A stretch of 63,473 bases of DNA, filler included, from Corallochytrium limacisporum Hawaii (lineage: Eukaryota > Protista > Pluriformea): assembly GCA_002811645.1 (NCBI GenBank). It is 5 parts of 5 records of this genome, joined end to end, with 100 filler letters (N's around TTAATTAATTAA, not from the genome) between each part and the next. Parts side by side here need not be neighbours in the genome. Positions count along the whole stretch, not along the records: positions 1 to 28,162 come from PDIP01000255.1; positions 28,263 to 47,979 come from PDIP01000116.1; 3 more parts are not named here. The stretch is one strand, 5' to 3'. Shown piece by piece: positions 23,001-34,650 of this stretch (position 1 is the stretch's first letter; every line of letters begins with the position of its first letter). The translations under genes were made by a program, and so were the position numbers. The notes under the pieces are model-generated. The model searched no databases. It was given only the letters and a program-made list of their open reading frames with translations, and was not told where the DNA came from.

Positions 23001-23405
23001 TCCAGACCTGACCCCTGCCGGGAACCACGGGCTGCCTGTGGAGTCGAGGTTTCTACCCCTTTGCTGCCGTGCGGTGTCCCTCTGGGCCATTGTCAGTCCG
23101 TGTGGAGGATCTCGCGCCCCGCGGGTGTGTGTATGCTGGTGTTTTGCCTCCGTTTTCGGCGTCCGTGCTCCGTTACCCATGTATCAGATGGATGCTGAAG
23201 GAAATACGTATCTTTGGGACCCTGCGGTGATGATGTTGCTACTTAAGCAAGAGACGCGAGCATTGGTTGAATAACTACCATTTGGTAGAATCCCTTACAC
23301 GCTGTTGGTGTTTTGATTGTTGCCGGTAGTTGCAACAAACCAGGGATTAGAAAACACTATAGGATATCCTTAATTTCAAGAAGACTGACCATCCATCCAT
23401 TCACC

Positions 23406-24992
23406 ATGGAGCCGGAACGCAAGTGTACCTACAAGGTGGGCACCACAGAGAAGTCGCCTCACAACCACATTGGCCTGCCTCGGGATCCACCCAAGTGTGA
23501 AGAAAACATCCTCAAGTACATTGGCTGCACCCCGATGGTGCGTCTGAGCAAGATTGAGAAGGAGTATGGTCTCAAGTGCAAGCTCCTGGCTAAGTGTGAG
23601 TTTTTTAACGCTGGAGGAAGTGTCAAGGACCGCATTGCCCTGCGTATGGTTGAAGAAGCAGAGAACGAGGGACGCTTGAAGCCTGGAGACGTGCTGATCG
23701 AGCCCACATCTGGTAACACTGGTATTGGTCTTGCTCTAGCTGCTGCCGTGAAGGGATACCGCTGCATTATTGTGCTGCCTGAGAAAATGAGCCAGGAGAA
23801 GGTTGACGTGCTGAAGGGTCTGGGCGCCGAAATCTACCGCACGCCCACAGAAGCCGCCTGGGATAGTCCTGAATCACACATCTCTCTAGCCAAGCGCCTG
23901 AACAAAGAAATTCCGAACTCTCACATTTTGGACCAGTATGCCAACCCTTACAATCCTATTGCACACTATGACGGGACTGCTGAGGAGATTTTCATGCAGG
24001 CAGAAGGACAAGTGGATATGCTGGTTGCTGGTGCAGGCACCGGTGGTACGATCTCTGGCATTGCCAAGAAGCTGAGGGAGAAGCTGGGCAACAAGGTTGA
24101 GGTCGTGGGACTGGATCCGTTTGGTTCGATCCTGGCTCAGCCTGCCGAGTTGAACGAGACCGAGATTACGGGCTATGCTGTGGAGGGAATTGGCTACGAT
24201 TTCATTCCCGAGGTTCTGGATCGGGAATACATGGACCGGTGGATCAAGACCGAGGATCGGGAGTCCTTCCTGATGGCCCGCAAGCTGTTGCGCAAGGAAG
24301 GCTTGCTGTGTGGTGGCAGCTCCGGTACTGCTGTCGCGGGTGCGGTAAAGGCTGCCAAGAATCTACCTGACGGCACCACCTGCGTCGTGGTCCTGCCAGA
24401 TTCCATCCGGAACTACATGACTAAGCATCTGAGCGACGACTGGATGATCAGCCACGGCTTTGTCGATGAGGAGATTCTGAAGCATGCACCACAGCGCAGC
24501 GAGTGGTGGGCTGAGCGCCCGGTCTCTTCACTGCCCCTCCCAACCCCTCTGACCATCTCCCCGACCCTGAGCTGCCAGGCCGCTATCAAGGTCCTGCAGA
24601 AAGAAGGCGTCGATCAGCTTCCTGTTCTGGACGAGAAGGGCGCAATCCTCGGTATGGTCACAGAAGGCAATCTGCATGCCCGTCTTATGAGCCGTAAGGT
24701 GCGTTCCCAGGATCCAGTCACCAAAGTTCTTTACAAACAGTTCAAGGCTCTGAGCCCGGGAACCAGCCTTGGTGAGATCGCCCGCATCCTCGAGCGTGAC
24801 CACTTTGCACTCGTTGTCAGCGAACAGCGCAACTATGATGCTAACGGTGACATGGAAGCCCGCCCCGTGGTCTATGGAGTGGTGACCCGCATCGATCTGC
24901 TCACTTACATCAGCAGCCGTCCAGAGAGCCGCAGCAACAGTGTCAGCGACATCCCTACAGAGATGCTTGGCACTGCACGCGACAGCAACTAA
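23406..24992 (+). CDS. CBS: Cystathionine beta-synthase (PLP catalytic core plus C-terminal CBS/Bateman pair)
   Basis: [16 protein letters not shown] (PLP lysine), [22 protein letters not shown]; likely start accATG at 23406 rather than the TTG at 23313. Confidence 0.98.
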   Translation: MEPERKCTYKVGTTEKSPHNHIGLPRDPPKCEENILKYIGCTPMVRLSKIEKEYGLKCKLLAKCEFFNAGGSVKDRIALRMVEEAENEGRLKPGDVLIEPTSGNTGIGLALAAAVKGYRCIIVLPEKMSQEKVDVLKGLGAEIYRTPTEAAWDSPESHISLAKRLNKEIPNSHILDQYANPYNPIAHYDGTAEEIFMQAEGQVDMLVAGAGTGGTISGIAKKLREKLGNKVEVVGLDPFGSILAQPAELNETEITGYAVEGIGYDFIPEVLDREYMDRWIKTEDRESFLMARKLLRKEGLLCGGSSGTAVAGAVKAAKNLPDGTTCVVVLPDSIRNYMTKHLSDDWMISHGFVDEEILKHAPQRSEWWAERPVSSLPLPTPLTISPTLSCQAAIKVLQKEGVDQLPVLDEKGAILGMVTEGNLHARLMSRKVRSQDPVTKVLYKQFKALSPGTSLGEIARILERDHFALVVSEQRNYDANGDMEARPVVYGVVTRIDLLTYISSRPESRSNSVSDIPTEMLGTARDSN

Positions 24993-25176
24993 GCAGACCT
25001 GTAACCTCCTTGGCACAAAGGGGAAGGATCATCATCCTCACCATCATCATCAACATCATCATCAACGCGCACGTACATTCCCATTACTTTGTACGTAAGA
25101 ATCAGAAACCATGACATAATAATGAAAATAGAACAAGCAAATTTAGTTATGTCTACAATTAGAGAAGTAGAATGGA

Positions 25177-27063
25177 TTAGTAGTCCCTTCCCCAGGAATC
25201 GTCTTCACGGGCCAAAGGACTGCGTCCACGCACCCGCGAGAAGCCATAATCACCTTCCTGCGATCGTTGGTTATGGTAGCTGCGTGTGGGGGACGATGTC
25301 CCGGATCCACCGTCTCGTCCCCAAGATCTACCGACATTCAGACGTGGGCTCTGCTGGAGCTGGATGGTACGCGCGGGCAATCCACCGCGCGGACTGTCCC
25401 TGCCATCTCCCACACCACCGTCAGTTACCATTGGTACGTCTGAGCTCCGAGCAGACATCGCAAACACACCGTCCTCCGCCACAAGGTCGTAACCGGCCGC
25501 ATCCACGACCTTGGCCCGTCCTTCATGGCTTACCAGAAGCGGAACAAGGTAGTTGTGGTCGACGTATTCCCACATGCGCTCAATGGCGGACCCTCCATCC
25601 CTGCGCAAGAAGACCGGGTCTTCCATATCCCGCATTCGTCCACCGTTGCCGCTTCCCCCATTTTCCACGTCGGTGGTTTCCACGTCGTACGGCCTTTCCA
25701 CGACCTCCGTTCCGGTGGGAATATTGAGCAACTTGATCATCTCCGGGGTGCCACCACCGAAGACAAATACCGTCACGAACACAATCATCAGCGTGGTGGT
25801 CAGGATCATGTCTTCAGTGTCCCCAGACCCTTTATTGAAGGTCTGCTGGACGGCCAAAGCAAAGGCGATGGCACCGCGCAATCCACTCCACATCATCATA
25901 TGCTGGTGGTTGTTCGGAATCTCATTGCCCGGCCGTGACATGTTCAACAGGAACGACAGGGGATAGACATTGCCCGCTCGTGCCACAATGATGATGGCTA
26001 TGCTCATGATAATGAAGAAAGGCTTCCAGATGTGGTGCCCGAAGGTGAACAAGCTGAGTCCCATGTAGCTGAAAATGAAATTTTCCGATAAGAAGTTGAG
26101 TAGTGAGAAGAATTCAGTGGTCCAGACTTTGGATGTCTCACTCAGATTGCGAAATGTGTAGTGCGCATCCGTGATACCACAGAACAGAACGGCTACAATA
26201 CCGGAGAAGCCAAGTGCCTGAGCAATCAAGAAGCTCGCGTACGCCAGCAAGCAGAAAAGAGATGTCTCTAGTAGCGGCTCGTGGCGAATGGTCGTGAATT
26301 TGGTCACAAGCGCGGTGATAATGCCGACCGCGACACCGATACCCAATGCTCCCATGAAATTGATTATGAAATACCCAAAAATAGCGCCGATCGACGTTGC
26401 ATGAGTGGTGTCCTTCTTGAACGAGTAGATGGCATTGTAAATGGTAATGGCCACGGCATCGTTCAACACGCTCTCGCCAAAGATCAGATTGTACAGATTG
26501 ACATCAGCATTCAGCTCACTAAAGATGGCCAAGGTCGTGACTGGGTCTGTTGCACTTATCAGAGCTCCAAAGAGGAAGCAGTCCACCATTCCTATCTGTC
26601 CATAGTTCTCGAAACCAAGGAGTGTGATTACCCATACCAGAATGCCTACAATCAGGGTGCTGATCAGCGTTCCAACGAAAGCATACAGTAAGATGGGCCC
26701 AATATTGCGGAAGAAATGCGCCCGTTTCATTTCATAGCCTGCAGTGAATATAATTGGCGGGAGAAGGACAAAGAAGAATGTCTGCGGATCAAAGATAGTG
26801 CGGTTTTGCACCGCAGATCCCGGCGCTGCGCTAATAATCGCACCCGCTATTATACCGTAAATGATACTCATTCCCGATTCATGTACAAATTGAAGTCGTC
26901 TCGTCTTAAATATCCAAATGGTAATAATGGTCAAGATCAATAGGGCCACCATGGCAAGGATGGCCACGGAGTCGACAATCAGGAGCTCGTCTGCCGAATC
27001 CACGTCAGTGGGAGCCTGTGGTACTCCCTTGGAAGGAGTGGGCGTATCTGTTGGTTCACTCAT
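25177..27063 (-). CDS. Endosomal Na+(K+)/H+ exchanger, CPA1 family (NHE6/7/9, Nhx1 type)
   Basis: FDPQTFFFVLLPPIIF, ISATDPV, FGESVLNDAV and SGLRGAIAFALA; about 12 TM segments and a hydrophilic tail. Confidence 0.95.
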   Translation of the reverse strand: MSEPTDTPTPSKGVPQAPTDVDSADELLIVDSVAILAMVALLILTIITIWIFKTRRLQFVHESGMSIIYGIIAGAIISAAPGSAVQNRTIFDPQTFFFVLLPPIIFTAGYEMKRAHFFRNIGPILLYAFVGTLISTLIVGILVWVITLLGFENYGQIGMVDCFLFGALISATDPVTTLAIFSELNADVNLYNLIFGESVLNDAVAITIYNAIYSFKKDTTHATSIGAIFGYFIINFMGALGIGVAVGIITALVTKFTTIRHEPLLETSLFCLLAYASFLIAQALGFSGIVAVLFCGITDAHYTFRNLSETSKVWTTEFFSLLNFLSENFIFSYMGLSLFTFGHHIWKPFFIIMSIAIIIVARAGNVYPLSFLLNMSRPGNEIPNNHQHMMMWSGLRGAIAFALAVQQTFNKGSGDTEDMILTTTLMIVFVTVFVFGGGTPEMIKLLNIPTGTEVVERPYDVETTDVENGGSGNGGRMRDMEDPVFLRRDGGSAIERMWEYVDHNYLVPLLVSHEGRAKVVDAAGYDLVAEDGVFAMSARSSDVPMVTDGGVGDGRDSPRGGLPARTIQLQQSPRLNVGRSWGRDGGSGTSSPTRSYHNQRSQEGDYGFSRVRGRSPLAREDDSWGRDY

Positions 27064-28162
27064 TGTGGGTCCCTTCTATCGGTATCTATGTTAACTTGTC
27101 AGAAAAATTGCCCACTGGAAGGCAAGGGAATAGCCGTTGCTATACTCATCGCCCGCTCTGCATTGTGGCCTCGAATTTCCTAGTTCAATACAATGGTCGA
27201 TCAGACTCTTCCGCCAAAGTTGTTAGGTGCACATCATTTGGCACTAAGAAGAACGATCAGTCTAAAGTAGGTTCAAGAGGTCCGCCCAGAAGTCACTGTA
27301 TTCCTTCGGCAGGACGAGGACCCGAGCCCACCCCATATACCGCACCTACTGAGACCCTTCCTTCCCCGAAATCCACCCACCCTCCCTCTCTCCCAGTCCC
27401 CGGGACTGGCGGTGGAGAGACTCCGTTGGTCTCGTTTCAAAAAGGGACAGAGCCCAAGCGAAACGGACACCCACCCCGGAGAGGGAGCGACAACAGTTAT
27501 TAGCTGAGAACCTCATTAATTTAATTCGACAACCCAGTCTGCTGCGAAACCGTTTGGATGTGAGTGCTGCTGCGTCCAAGACTCCTTGGCGTCACATCAA
27601 CGACATCACCGCTCATCATTCGAGTGGAGAATAAACAAAGACGTTGCAGGATGTGTTGTGATGGTAAGGTGAGCAGGAGACGTTCCTTCTCATGGTACGG
27701 ATCAGGTTTGCTGTGACCGGGAGCAGATTGCTGGACCCCGTGAATCAAGGGGAAACAAGAGTCAGCTATCTAGTTGACCAAACGGCGTCTGCTCCCACGA
27801 GTAAACACCACAGGTCAGAATGGAATGTGCGCACATGTACACGATTATTGTGGTAGAAGGAGCAGACAACGGCATCATGTTCCCCGTCCATTGCTGGTAA
27901 GTTGTACATGCCCGTCCGTCCAGCAGTGACCCCCGTGAAAGCCTTACTCTACGCAGTCGGGCGCTCAGTACTGAAGGTGCGTGTGTGGCATGAGAGAGCG
28001 GGGGCTGGAGCTGTACAGTCACGGCAGTCACGGGTCGCCAAAAAACTTTTTTTTTCTTCGTTGTCGCCCCCTTTTGTTCTCGCTTCCCAGCGCTGTACTT
28101 CACTCTCCCTGCCGACTCTCCCACTTGCCCCCCCCCCCCCCGGGGGGGTCCCCCGGAAAAAA

Positions 28163-28262
28163 NNNNNNNNNNNNNNNNNNNNNNNNNNNNNNNNNNNNNN
28201 NNNNNNTTAATTAATTAANNNNNNNNNNNNNNNNNNNNNNNNNNNNNNNNNNNNNNNNNNNN
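28163..28262. other. Scaffolding linker N44-TTAATTAATTAA-N44 (artefact)
   Basis: Identical 100-bp construct occurs four times in the window. Confidence 0.97.
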
Positions 28263-31165
28263 CCCCCTCCCCCAAAACCCCCAACAAAGCAACCCACGAA
28301 ATGGCAACGCCAGGGCCCGTGTATACGCCATGGTCGAATGAAGAACCCCACCCGGCGGATTGCGTAGGGTGGGTACCGACGCAGCGAGGGGATACGCACA
28401 CTATCTTATTGCCATGGCCATCTCCATCGTTGGCTTCCGGGATTCTCCTTTTTGAACCGTATTTTTGGTTGTTTTTTTTTCTCTCCTAAGTTTTTATATT
28501 TTTCTTTTTTTCCTTCTTTCTTTGTGCTCGGCGATCGGGCTCTGTCTCTCTCCTCTCCCGTCTCCCCTCCTCGTCAGGGGGGTATTTTCTCTAGGGATGT
28601 TCTACCGCCTTGTCTGTGCGTTCAACAACGACCCATCAGCCGCGGCTGCGCTTGGCCCCACTGGGGCTGGGCAGTGAAGGAACTGGCAGGCCAGGTGGCG
28701 CGTGGGCACTCACCAAGATAAAAAAAATTGAACGAAGGTGTTGCTGCTGTGTACTTCTCCTGCTGTTTTCTCCCAACACGCACGCACACACTCGCTCAAT
28801 GCATAAACTATGTCTCTGTCGCCCTCCCGCGCACATCGATGAGTCGATGGAATAGGTGCTGTTATTTGTCTGCTCCCGTCTGGACGGTCACGATTTGTAT
28901 ACTCAATATATACAGTACGGATGGCATGTGCAGGAGAGATTGTAACAGAATGGGTGCGGGTCTTTTTACCGAACGACTGGAATCCGCAAATGGGATGCCG
29001 CGCCCGGCCGCCCTTTCATTAGAAAATTCAGTAATTCTACTATTGCAAACCGGGAGGAACGGTTCCCATTGCCCAAATTTGGGTTGTGGGGCCCGGACGG
29101 TATTTTTTTGCATGCACTCTTGCCGCTGCCCCGGGGCTCTCTACGCTACATTCCAGCCTTTTTGAACGTGCTCTGGCTCTCTCGCTCTCTCTCTCTCTTC
29201 CTTCCCTCCCCCTTTCGTTGCCCACTCCAGACAAAAAAAACCTGAGATGGGGTAGGGCAAGGGGAGTCTGCGCATGGCCCTTCCGAAAGGAATAGAGGAG
29301 TGGTTCTCTATATATATAATATATGATGCGTTTTGAAGAGTATCGATCGCGAAGAGCGCAAAATGAAAATCAACGCAGCGGCACCGTCCACGTTTCACCG
29401 ACCACAAGCCCTCATTGCACACACACCGGCAAAATCAAAAAAAAAGCAAAAAGAAAATCTTGAGCCTTTGCAACCGAAGCGAATAAGAAAACTCAAATCA
29501 GAACACTTTCCCCTCCCAAGAAAAAAAACAAAAAGGAGTCAAAAAGTGACAGTAAAAACGCCCTCCGGGGGGAGGGGAGGGGAGGGGGGAGGGCGAAGAA
29601 GGTATTGTGGTCCAGTTCAGTAGAAAAAACCCCCCTCTCCCCATCATTCGTCCGGCCAGCCTTGCCTCTCCACCGGAAGTTCTTAAAACGAATTACGAAA
29701 ACCGAAAAAAAAAGGTGAACGTTCGGAACGGAGGGACTTTTGTGGAAGGGGGATGAAGGGGGGGGGTGAGATAAAGAGAGGGAAAGAGAGAGTTAAAAAA
29801 AACGGAAGGCGGGTCTCTCAAATTTGTAGCTCAATCACGAACGCCGGACACCCTCGGGCTCGAGACCGGTGAGGGGGGGGGGCGCGTTGCGGGTTGGGCT
29901 GGTCTGTGCGTGCTGGTGGTGCTAAAGGAGAGGGGGAGGCGCGGGCGGGCTGGCTTTTGTTGCTGACCGGTTCTTGCAAACGGCGTTTCAGTTTCCTTTT
30001 TTTTTGTTTCTATCTTTTCGAAATGATTTTTCTCCTGGTGTTGGCTGGCTTTGGCTACCTGTGTCAGACCATAAGCGAGGAGAGCCAGCAATGAAAATTG
30101 GGGGGGGGGCCAAAACTAAGAAAAAAAAAAGCAGAGAGAGCGAGAGAAAAGGGAACGACAGCGAGGCCAAAAGAAATTGATGGTCCCAGACCCCGTACCA
30201 CCGGTATGATCACCTGTGCATTCGGGCCCGGTGATGGGCCCTACCTCGAATGTATTGGGTTTTTTTTTGAGTTCGTCGGTGGGAGTGTTGGGTATCGTGC
30301 CCTTGGGTGCGCTGTGGTTGCTGACGCGGGCTTCCGCTCTCCCTCTCTCCCTCTCCCCCTTCTGTGCTCGGGATAAATTATGTGGCACAGTTTCCTCTTG
30401 TGCCAGGATAAAATCTCCATTTATTCAGTACTGAGAGTACGGGGTGAAGAATTTTCGGGACCAGAGACCCACCCAGGAAACACCTCAGCTCTCTGACTCT
30501 ACTTTGGTCTCGAAGCCCCAAGGGAGTCAAAAAGAGGGAGAGAGAAAAGCGCTAAGAGTCGGTGCCAAGATCGATGCCTTAAACAGTCTTCTCGGTGTCT
30601 GTTCTGAGTGCTCTTTGCCTTCTGTTTTGTTGTGTGTAAAGGAAGTGTTGGATTTGTAGCAAATGTTTTCGTAGGCACCAATGTTTGTCAGCACCAGATA
30701 ACAATAATGATGATGATGGTGAAGAGCCTCTTCGCTGGGATGGTCGGGTGACGGGTGGTACTTGATGGACGTTAGGCATCGAACTTAGGACCATGGAGTC
30801 TCTGTGGTTAGATATCAGTGAAAAAATTAGTTTTACGATCTGCGACAATTACCACGAAGAGATCAAAGAGTGACCTTATTAGTGGGAAGCGAATTTTTAT
30901 CCACAAGCGACACCTTTTTATTATCCAACTCTTCGGGAACAAGAAGCAACTCGGAGTGTGATCTAGAGCTCTTATTGTTAGCAAGAGATACAAGTGGAAG
31001 ACTGTGTAAACATTGCCTGGACTGCAGAAGAAATCAGTGCGGATATCTGAGGCAAAGCCGTTGGTATGGAGAACACCAGTGCAGGAAAACACAACCAGGG
31101 ATAGCCGTCGGGCGTTAACCTACGACAGGTCCCCAGTGGGATATTACACAGAGCCCCCTAGTCCA

Positions 31166-33550
31166 ATGGATCAAAACACAGCCATGGAACGGGAGATAGG
31201 AGACTACGTCTACTCCCACTTACCCAGTGCAGAGTTGGGACGGGGTACCTATGGAACAGTATACATAGGCCATCACAAGGATGATGAAAAGAAACAGGTA
31301 GCCATCAAGGTGGTGGACTTGAGACAGCTCAGCGGCGCGAACCGGGAATACCTCAACAGTGAGATCAAGATTCACCAGACGGTAGACCACCCAAATATTG
31401 TCAAGTTCTTGGATGTAGTGGAGGATGTTGACCATACACATATGTATCTCGTCATGGAGTATTGCCCCGGTGGTGACCTTAGCCAACGCATCCGTAGCAA
31501 AGGACCGTTAGCGGAAGACCAGGCCCGAAGGGTGATCATCCAACTGCTCAGTGCCATTCGCTGGCTGCACGAGAAGGGTATCTTGCACCGTGACTTGAAG
31601 CCACAGAACCTGTTGATTGCGAACACATCAGGTCCCATGATCATCAAGGTGGCGGACTTCGGTCTGGCCAAGTTGCTGCAAGGGCAAAACCATTTAGCAT
31701 CAACCGTCTGCGGTTCGCCGCTGTACATGGCCCCGGAGGTCATGCACGGTGAGGCATACGACTCCAAGGCGGAGCTGTGGAGTCTTGGTGTCATTACATA
31801 CGAGTGTCTGGTGGGCAGGCCTCCCTTCAATGCAGAGTCTCGACAGGGATTGACCCGCGGCATCAAGGACATGGCCCGCAACCTGCGGTTCCCGTCGTCC
31901 ATGAGCAACGAACTGCAGAAGTTCCTGCGCTCTCTGCTCCAGTATGACCCAAAGCAGCGCCATTTGCCGAAGAGCTGGATGGAGGCTGCCTTTAGTGCTT
32001 CTCTTGAACAGATTGCAGAGAACCAGCAGAGCATGACAAAGTCGCGCAAGAGCAGCGAGAGCAACATGAGCATCGTTAGCGGTAGTGATGTGGCGGGAGC
32101 CGGAGCCAGCAGCTTCCCCTCCAGCCAGCCGCAGCGCATTCCTGGAGCACAGTCCCCGCGGGTTGGACATGCACAGCACATGGGCAGTGCTGGTGCATCA
32201 CGTCTGAGCCATCAGAGTCCTGGCTACAGCACCAGCCGCCCGGGCACCGCGAACTCGTCGAATGCCGACTACCCAGCGATACCACGCACCGACTCGCAGG
32301 CGTCAATGGCTTCCATCACCAGCGACACCAGCAGGCGTTCGTCCCTGATTGGCGCGGCCAATGCCTCGGACAGCTACGGCAGGCATGGCGGCAGCTACCG
32401 TCAGCGCTACCCGCCGTTCCGCACGAGCCACATCAGCAGCCAATCGAAGAGCTCCGGAGGCGCGCTCGGTTCCGTTGAGGATGACTGGGAGACGGTGCCG
32501 GGTCGCCACGACATTGTGGCCGATATGATCCTCGGGGGAGAGGGTCACGTTGGTAGCCCTTACGGATCTCCTCCGAAACAGTCGCCGCCAGGTATGGTCT
32601 CCCAGGGCGTGGCCAGCGGTAGCGGCAGCGGCAGCGGCACTGGCAGCAACACTGCCTCCGCCATGATGCAGCGCGGTGGTGGGGCCAGCAATGACCCCGT
32701 GACCGATTGGATGCGGTTTGGCCGGGACTTTTTCCGCATGATGCTCGCTCCGATCACTCGGAACTTGAGTACGGGCAGCACCCCTCCTTCAATCCAGACT
32801 GCCATGGCTGACGAGCGCTTTGTGATGGATGTCCTTGAGATTTGCATCAGCGGCTGCGATGTCTTGCAGCGCTGGGCTGACTTTAAGCTCCGCAGCGCCA
32901 ATGCGTTCCCGCCTGGTGGCTCAGCCAGTCCGCACCAGCTGAGTCCGGCTTCGAGTCCCGTGGACTCTAGCACAGGTGGTGGCAATCCCTTGCACAATAT
33001 CGACCAGGCAACCACAGCCACGGCCGATGCACTGGTGCTGTACCTAAAGGCGTTGGACTTCCTCTTTAGCGGGCTCGACGAGATCCGCCGGGCCACCAAG
33101 GGCGCCCAACTCACCAAGAAGGCCGTGCGAGGCATCCAGGAGATTCGGGACCGGTATAACGACACCCAATCGAAGGCAGCGGAGCTGAGACAAGCCATGG
33201 AGCACGCCTCCGCCTCCGTCAAAGAATATCACGCCGCCCTGAGCGCGGAATCTTTGATCTACGAAGGTGTCCGCGTGTTCTGCACCCGTGGGGCGCAGTA
33301 CGAGAGCGTGAACAACCTGGTCAACGCCCGCTCCCGCTATGAGGATGCCTGGTATCTGTTGCGAATCCTGGAGGGCATCTTCCGCACCTCTGCGTCGAGT
33401 GAGATGGCTCACGCCGACTTGGTCTACATCAATCAGCTGCGTGAAGAAGTACGCAACCGCCTGAAGCACATTAATAGCGTGGATGCACAGTCCTTTGCTC
33501 TAATGTCCAAGTCACCCACATCGCTGTCAATGGATCAGCAGAGTGCTTAA
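31166..33550 (+). CDS. ATG1: ATG1/ULK serine/threonine kinase
   Basis: GRGTYG, VAIK, HRDLKPQNLL, ADFG, TVCGSPLYMAPE; Ser-rich linker; C-terminal helical MIT/EAT-like region (ALVLYLKAL, SAESLIY). Start is ATG 31166 or 31184. Confidence 0.9.
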   Translation: MDQNTAMEREIGDYVYSHLPSAELGRGTYGTVYIGHHKDDEKKQVAIKVVDLRQLSGANREYLNSEIKIHQTVDHPNIVKFLDVVEDVDHTHMYLVMEYCPGGDLSQRIRSKGPLAEDQARRVIIQLLSAIRWLHEKGILHRDLKPQNLLIANTSGPMIIKVADFGLAKLLQGQNHLASTVCGSPLYMAPEVMHGEAYDSKAELWSLGVITYECLVGRPPFNAESRQGLTRGIKDMARNLRFPSSMSNELQKFLRSLLQYDPKQRHLPKSWMEAAFSASLEQIAENQQSMTKSRKSSESNMSIVSGSDVAGAGASSFPSSQPQRIPGAQSPRVGHAQHMGSAGASRLSHQSPGYSTSRPGTANSSNADYPAIPRTDSQASMASITSDTSRRSSLIGAANASDSYGRHGGSYRQRYPPFRTSHISSQSKSSGGALGSVEDDWETVPGRHDIVADMILGGEGHVGSPYGSPPKQSPPGMVSQGVASGSGSGSGTGSNTASAMMQRGGGASNDPVTDWMRFGRDFFRMMLAPITRNLSTGSTPPSIQTAMADERFVMDVLEICISGCDVLQRWADFKLRSANAFPPGGSASPHQLSPASSPVDSSTGGGNPLHNIDQATTATADALVLYLKALDFLFSGLDEIRRATKGAQLTKKAVRGIQEIRDRYNDTQSKAAELRQAMEHASASVKEYHAALSAESLIYEGVRVFCTRGAQYESVNNLVNARSRYEDAWYLLRILEGIFRTSASSEMAHADLVYINQLREEVRNRLKHINSVDAQSFALMSKSPTSLSMDQQSA

Positions 33551-33959
33551 TGGTCGGAAAGGATCACGGTCCTGCTTTTCCTTATGGTCAACCATCATCA
33601 GCAACACATCATTTCTCCTTTCACAACTGTCCATCATTCATCCACATTTTGTCCTTTGTTTCCATCACATTGATTTGAATTTTCCAACTTTGCGATCTGC
33701 TAGTGATGAGACTACAACCGCAGAAACTTCGAGAAAAGCACACATTTTTCGTTAAACAAGAAATAAGCCAAAGACTTAGCCATCCACCAAATCCTCTACC
33801 AGCTTAGAAACTGATTCACATTCACCATGATCATGGTCTTCACATTGCAGCTGTTGTCATGCCCCAAAAAAGAAAGGCCCAGGTCAGCAACCATCGTTTG
33901 CTTTCCAGGGTATCTTCGCGGGGATTATTCGCCTCCTCCTCGTTTCGATGCCTACTGCC

Positions 33960-34380
33960 ACGCAGGCAGAAAGCGCCGGGAACTCCTCCCCCCCCCCAAC
34001 CCCAAAGTGGGCTTGAGAACAGGGCTCTCTGTGTTGGGGGACACCCCGTTTGCGTGTCTGTACCGGTGTCTGGATAACGGTATTGTGTGTGTGTGGTGGG
34101 GCTACCAGCCCCAGCCCCAGACCCAGCGGGGGACCGAGGAAGACCGGGCGCCAACGGAAGAGCCCATTTTTTCGCAGCGGGTGGACGGGAGGGAGACCGG
34201 GCCGCTGGAAAGCCTTTTGAAAAGTCCAATGCTTTTGGCCAGCTGTTTTATTACCGTAACAACGTCCACCCACCACACTCTGATCCCGGTTTTCTCCTCG
34301 CTCCGCGGTTTCCACAGTGAAACAACGGGGCACCCCCCGTTTCGGGAAGAGAAGAAGGGGGGGGGGGAGGCGGGCTCTGA
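33960..34380. promoter_or_regulatory. G/C-tract island upstream of the lipase gene
   Basis: Long C and G homopolymer runs between tandem genes, ending about 120-270 bp before the candidate ATGs. Confidence 0.45.
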
Positions 34381-34650
34381 GATCGAGGATCACGCTCTGC
34401 GGGTCAAGCTGGGTAGCATCTTCTGCGAGTGGGGCGAGCTTCTGCTTGATAAGTTCCGATTTCAGAAGCGAGGCCTTCTCTTGTGGCTACATTCATGGTA
34501 TTTAAATCGAAAGTATTCACCTATAAGCAGCGAATAACAAACTTGAGTGATTATTATCTTGAGGTGTACTGGGAGACATCCCTGGCACTACATAGTGCTG
34601 ACTTGCGGAGAGAAAGGTTGCCTTCGTACCGTTACTCGGAAAGAAAGGTC

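Noticed and set aside
28207-28218. TTAATTAATTAA repeated four times (28207, 48024, 56637, 62262)
   Set aside because: Always centred in N44...N44; a six-frame-stop scaffolding spacer, not biological. Gaps mostly abut G/C tracts, so the islands are probably under-assembled.
31372-33222. Long antisense ORFs over ATG1 (and similar ones over SMG8, ARM and the secreted genes)
   Set aside because: Expected shadows of GC3-rich codon usage
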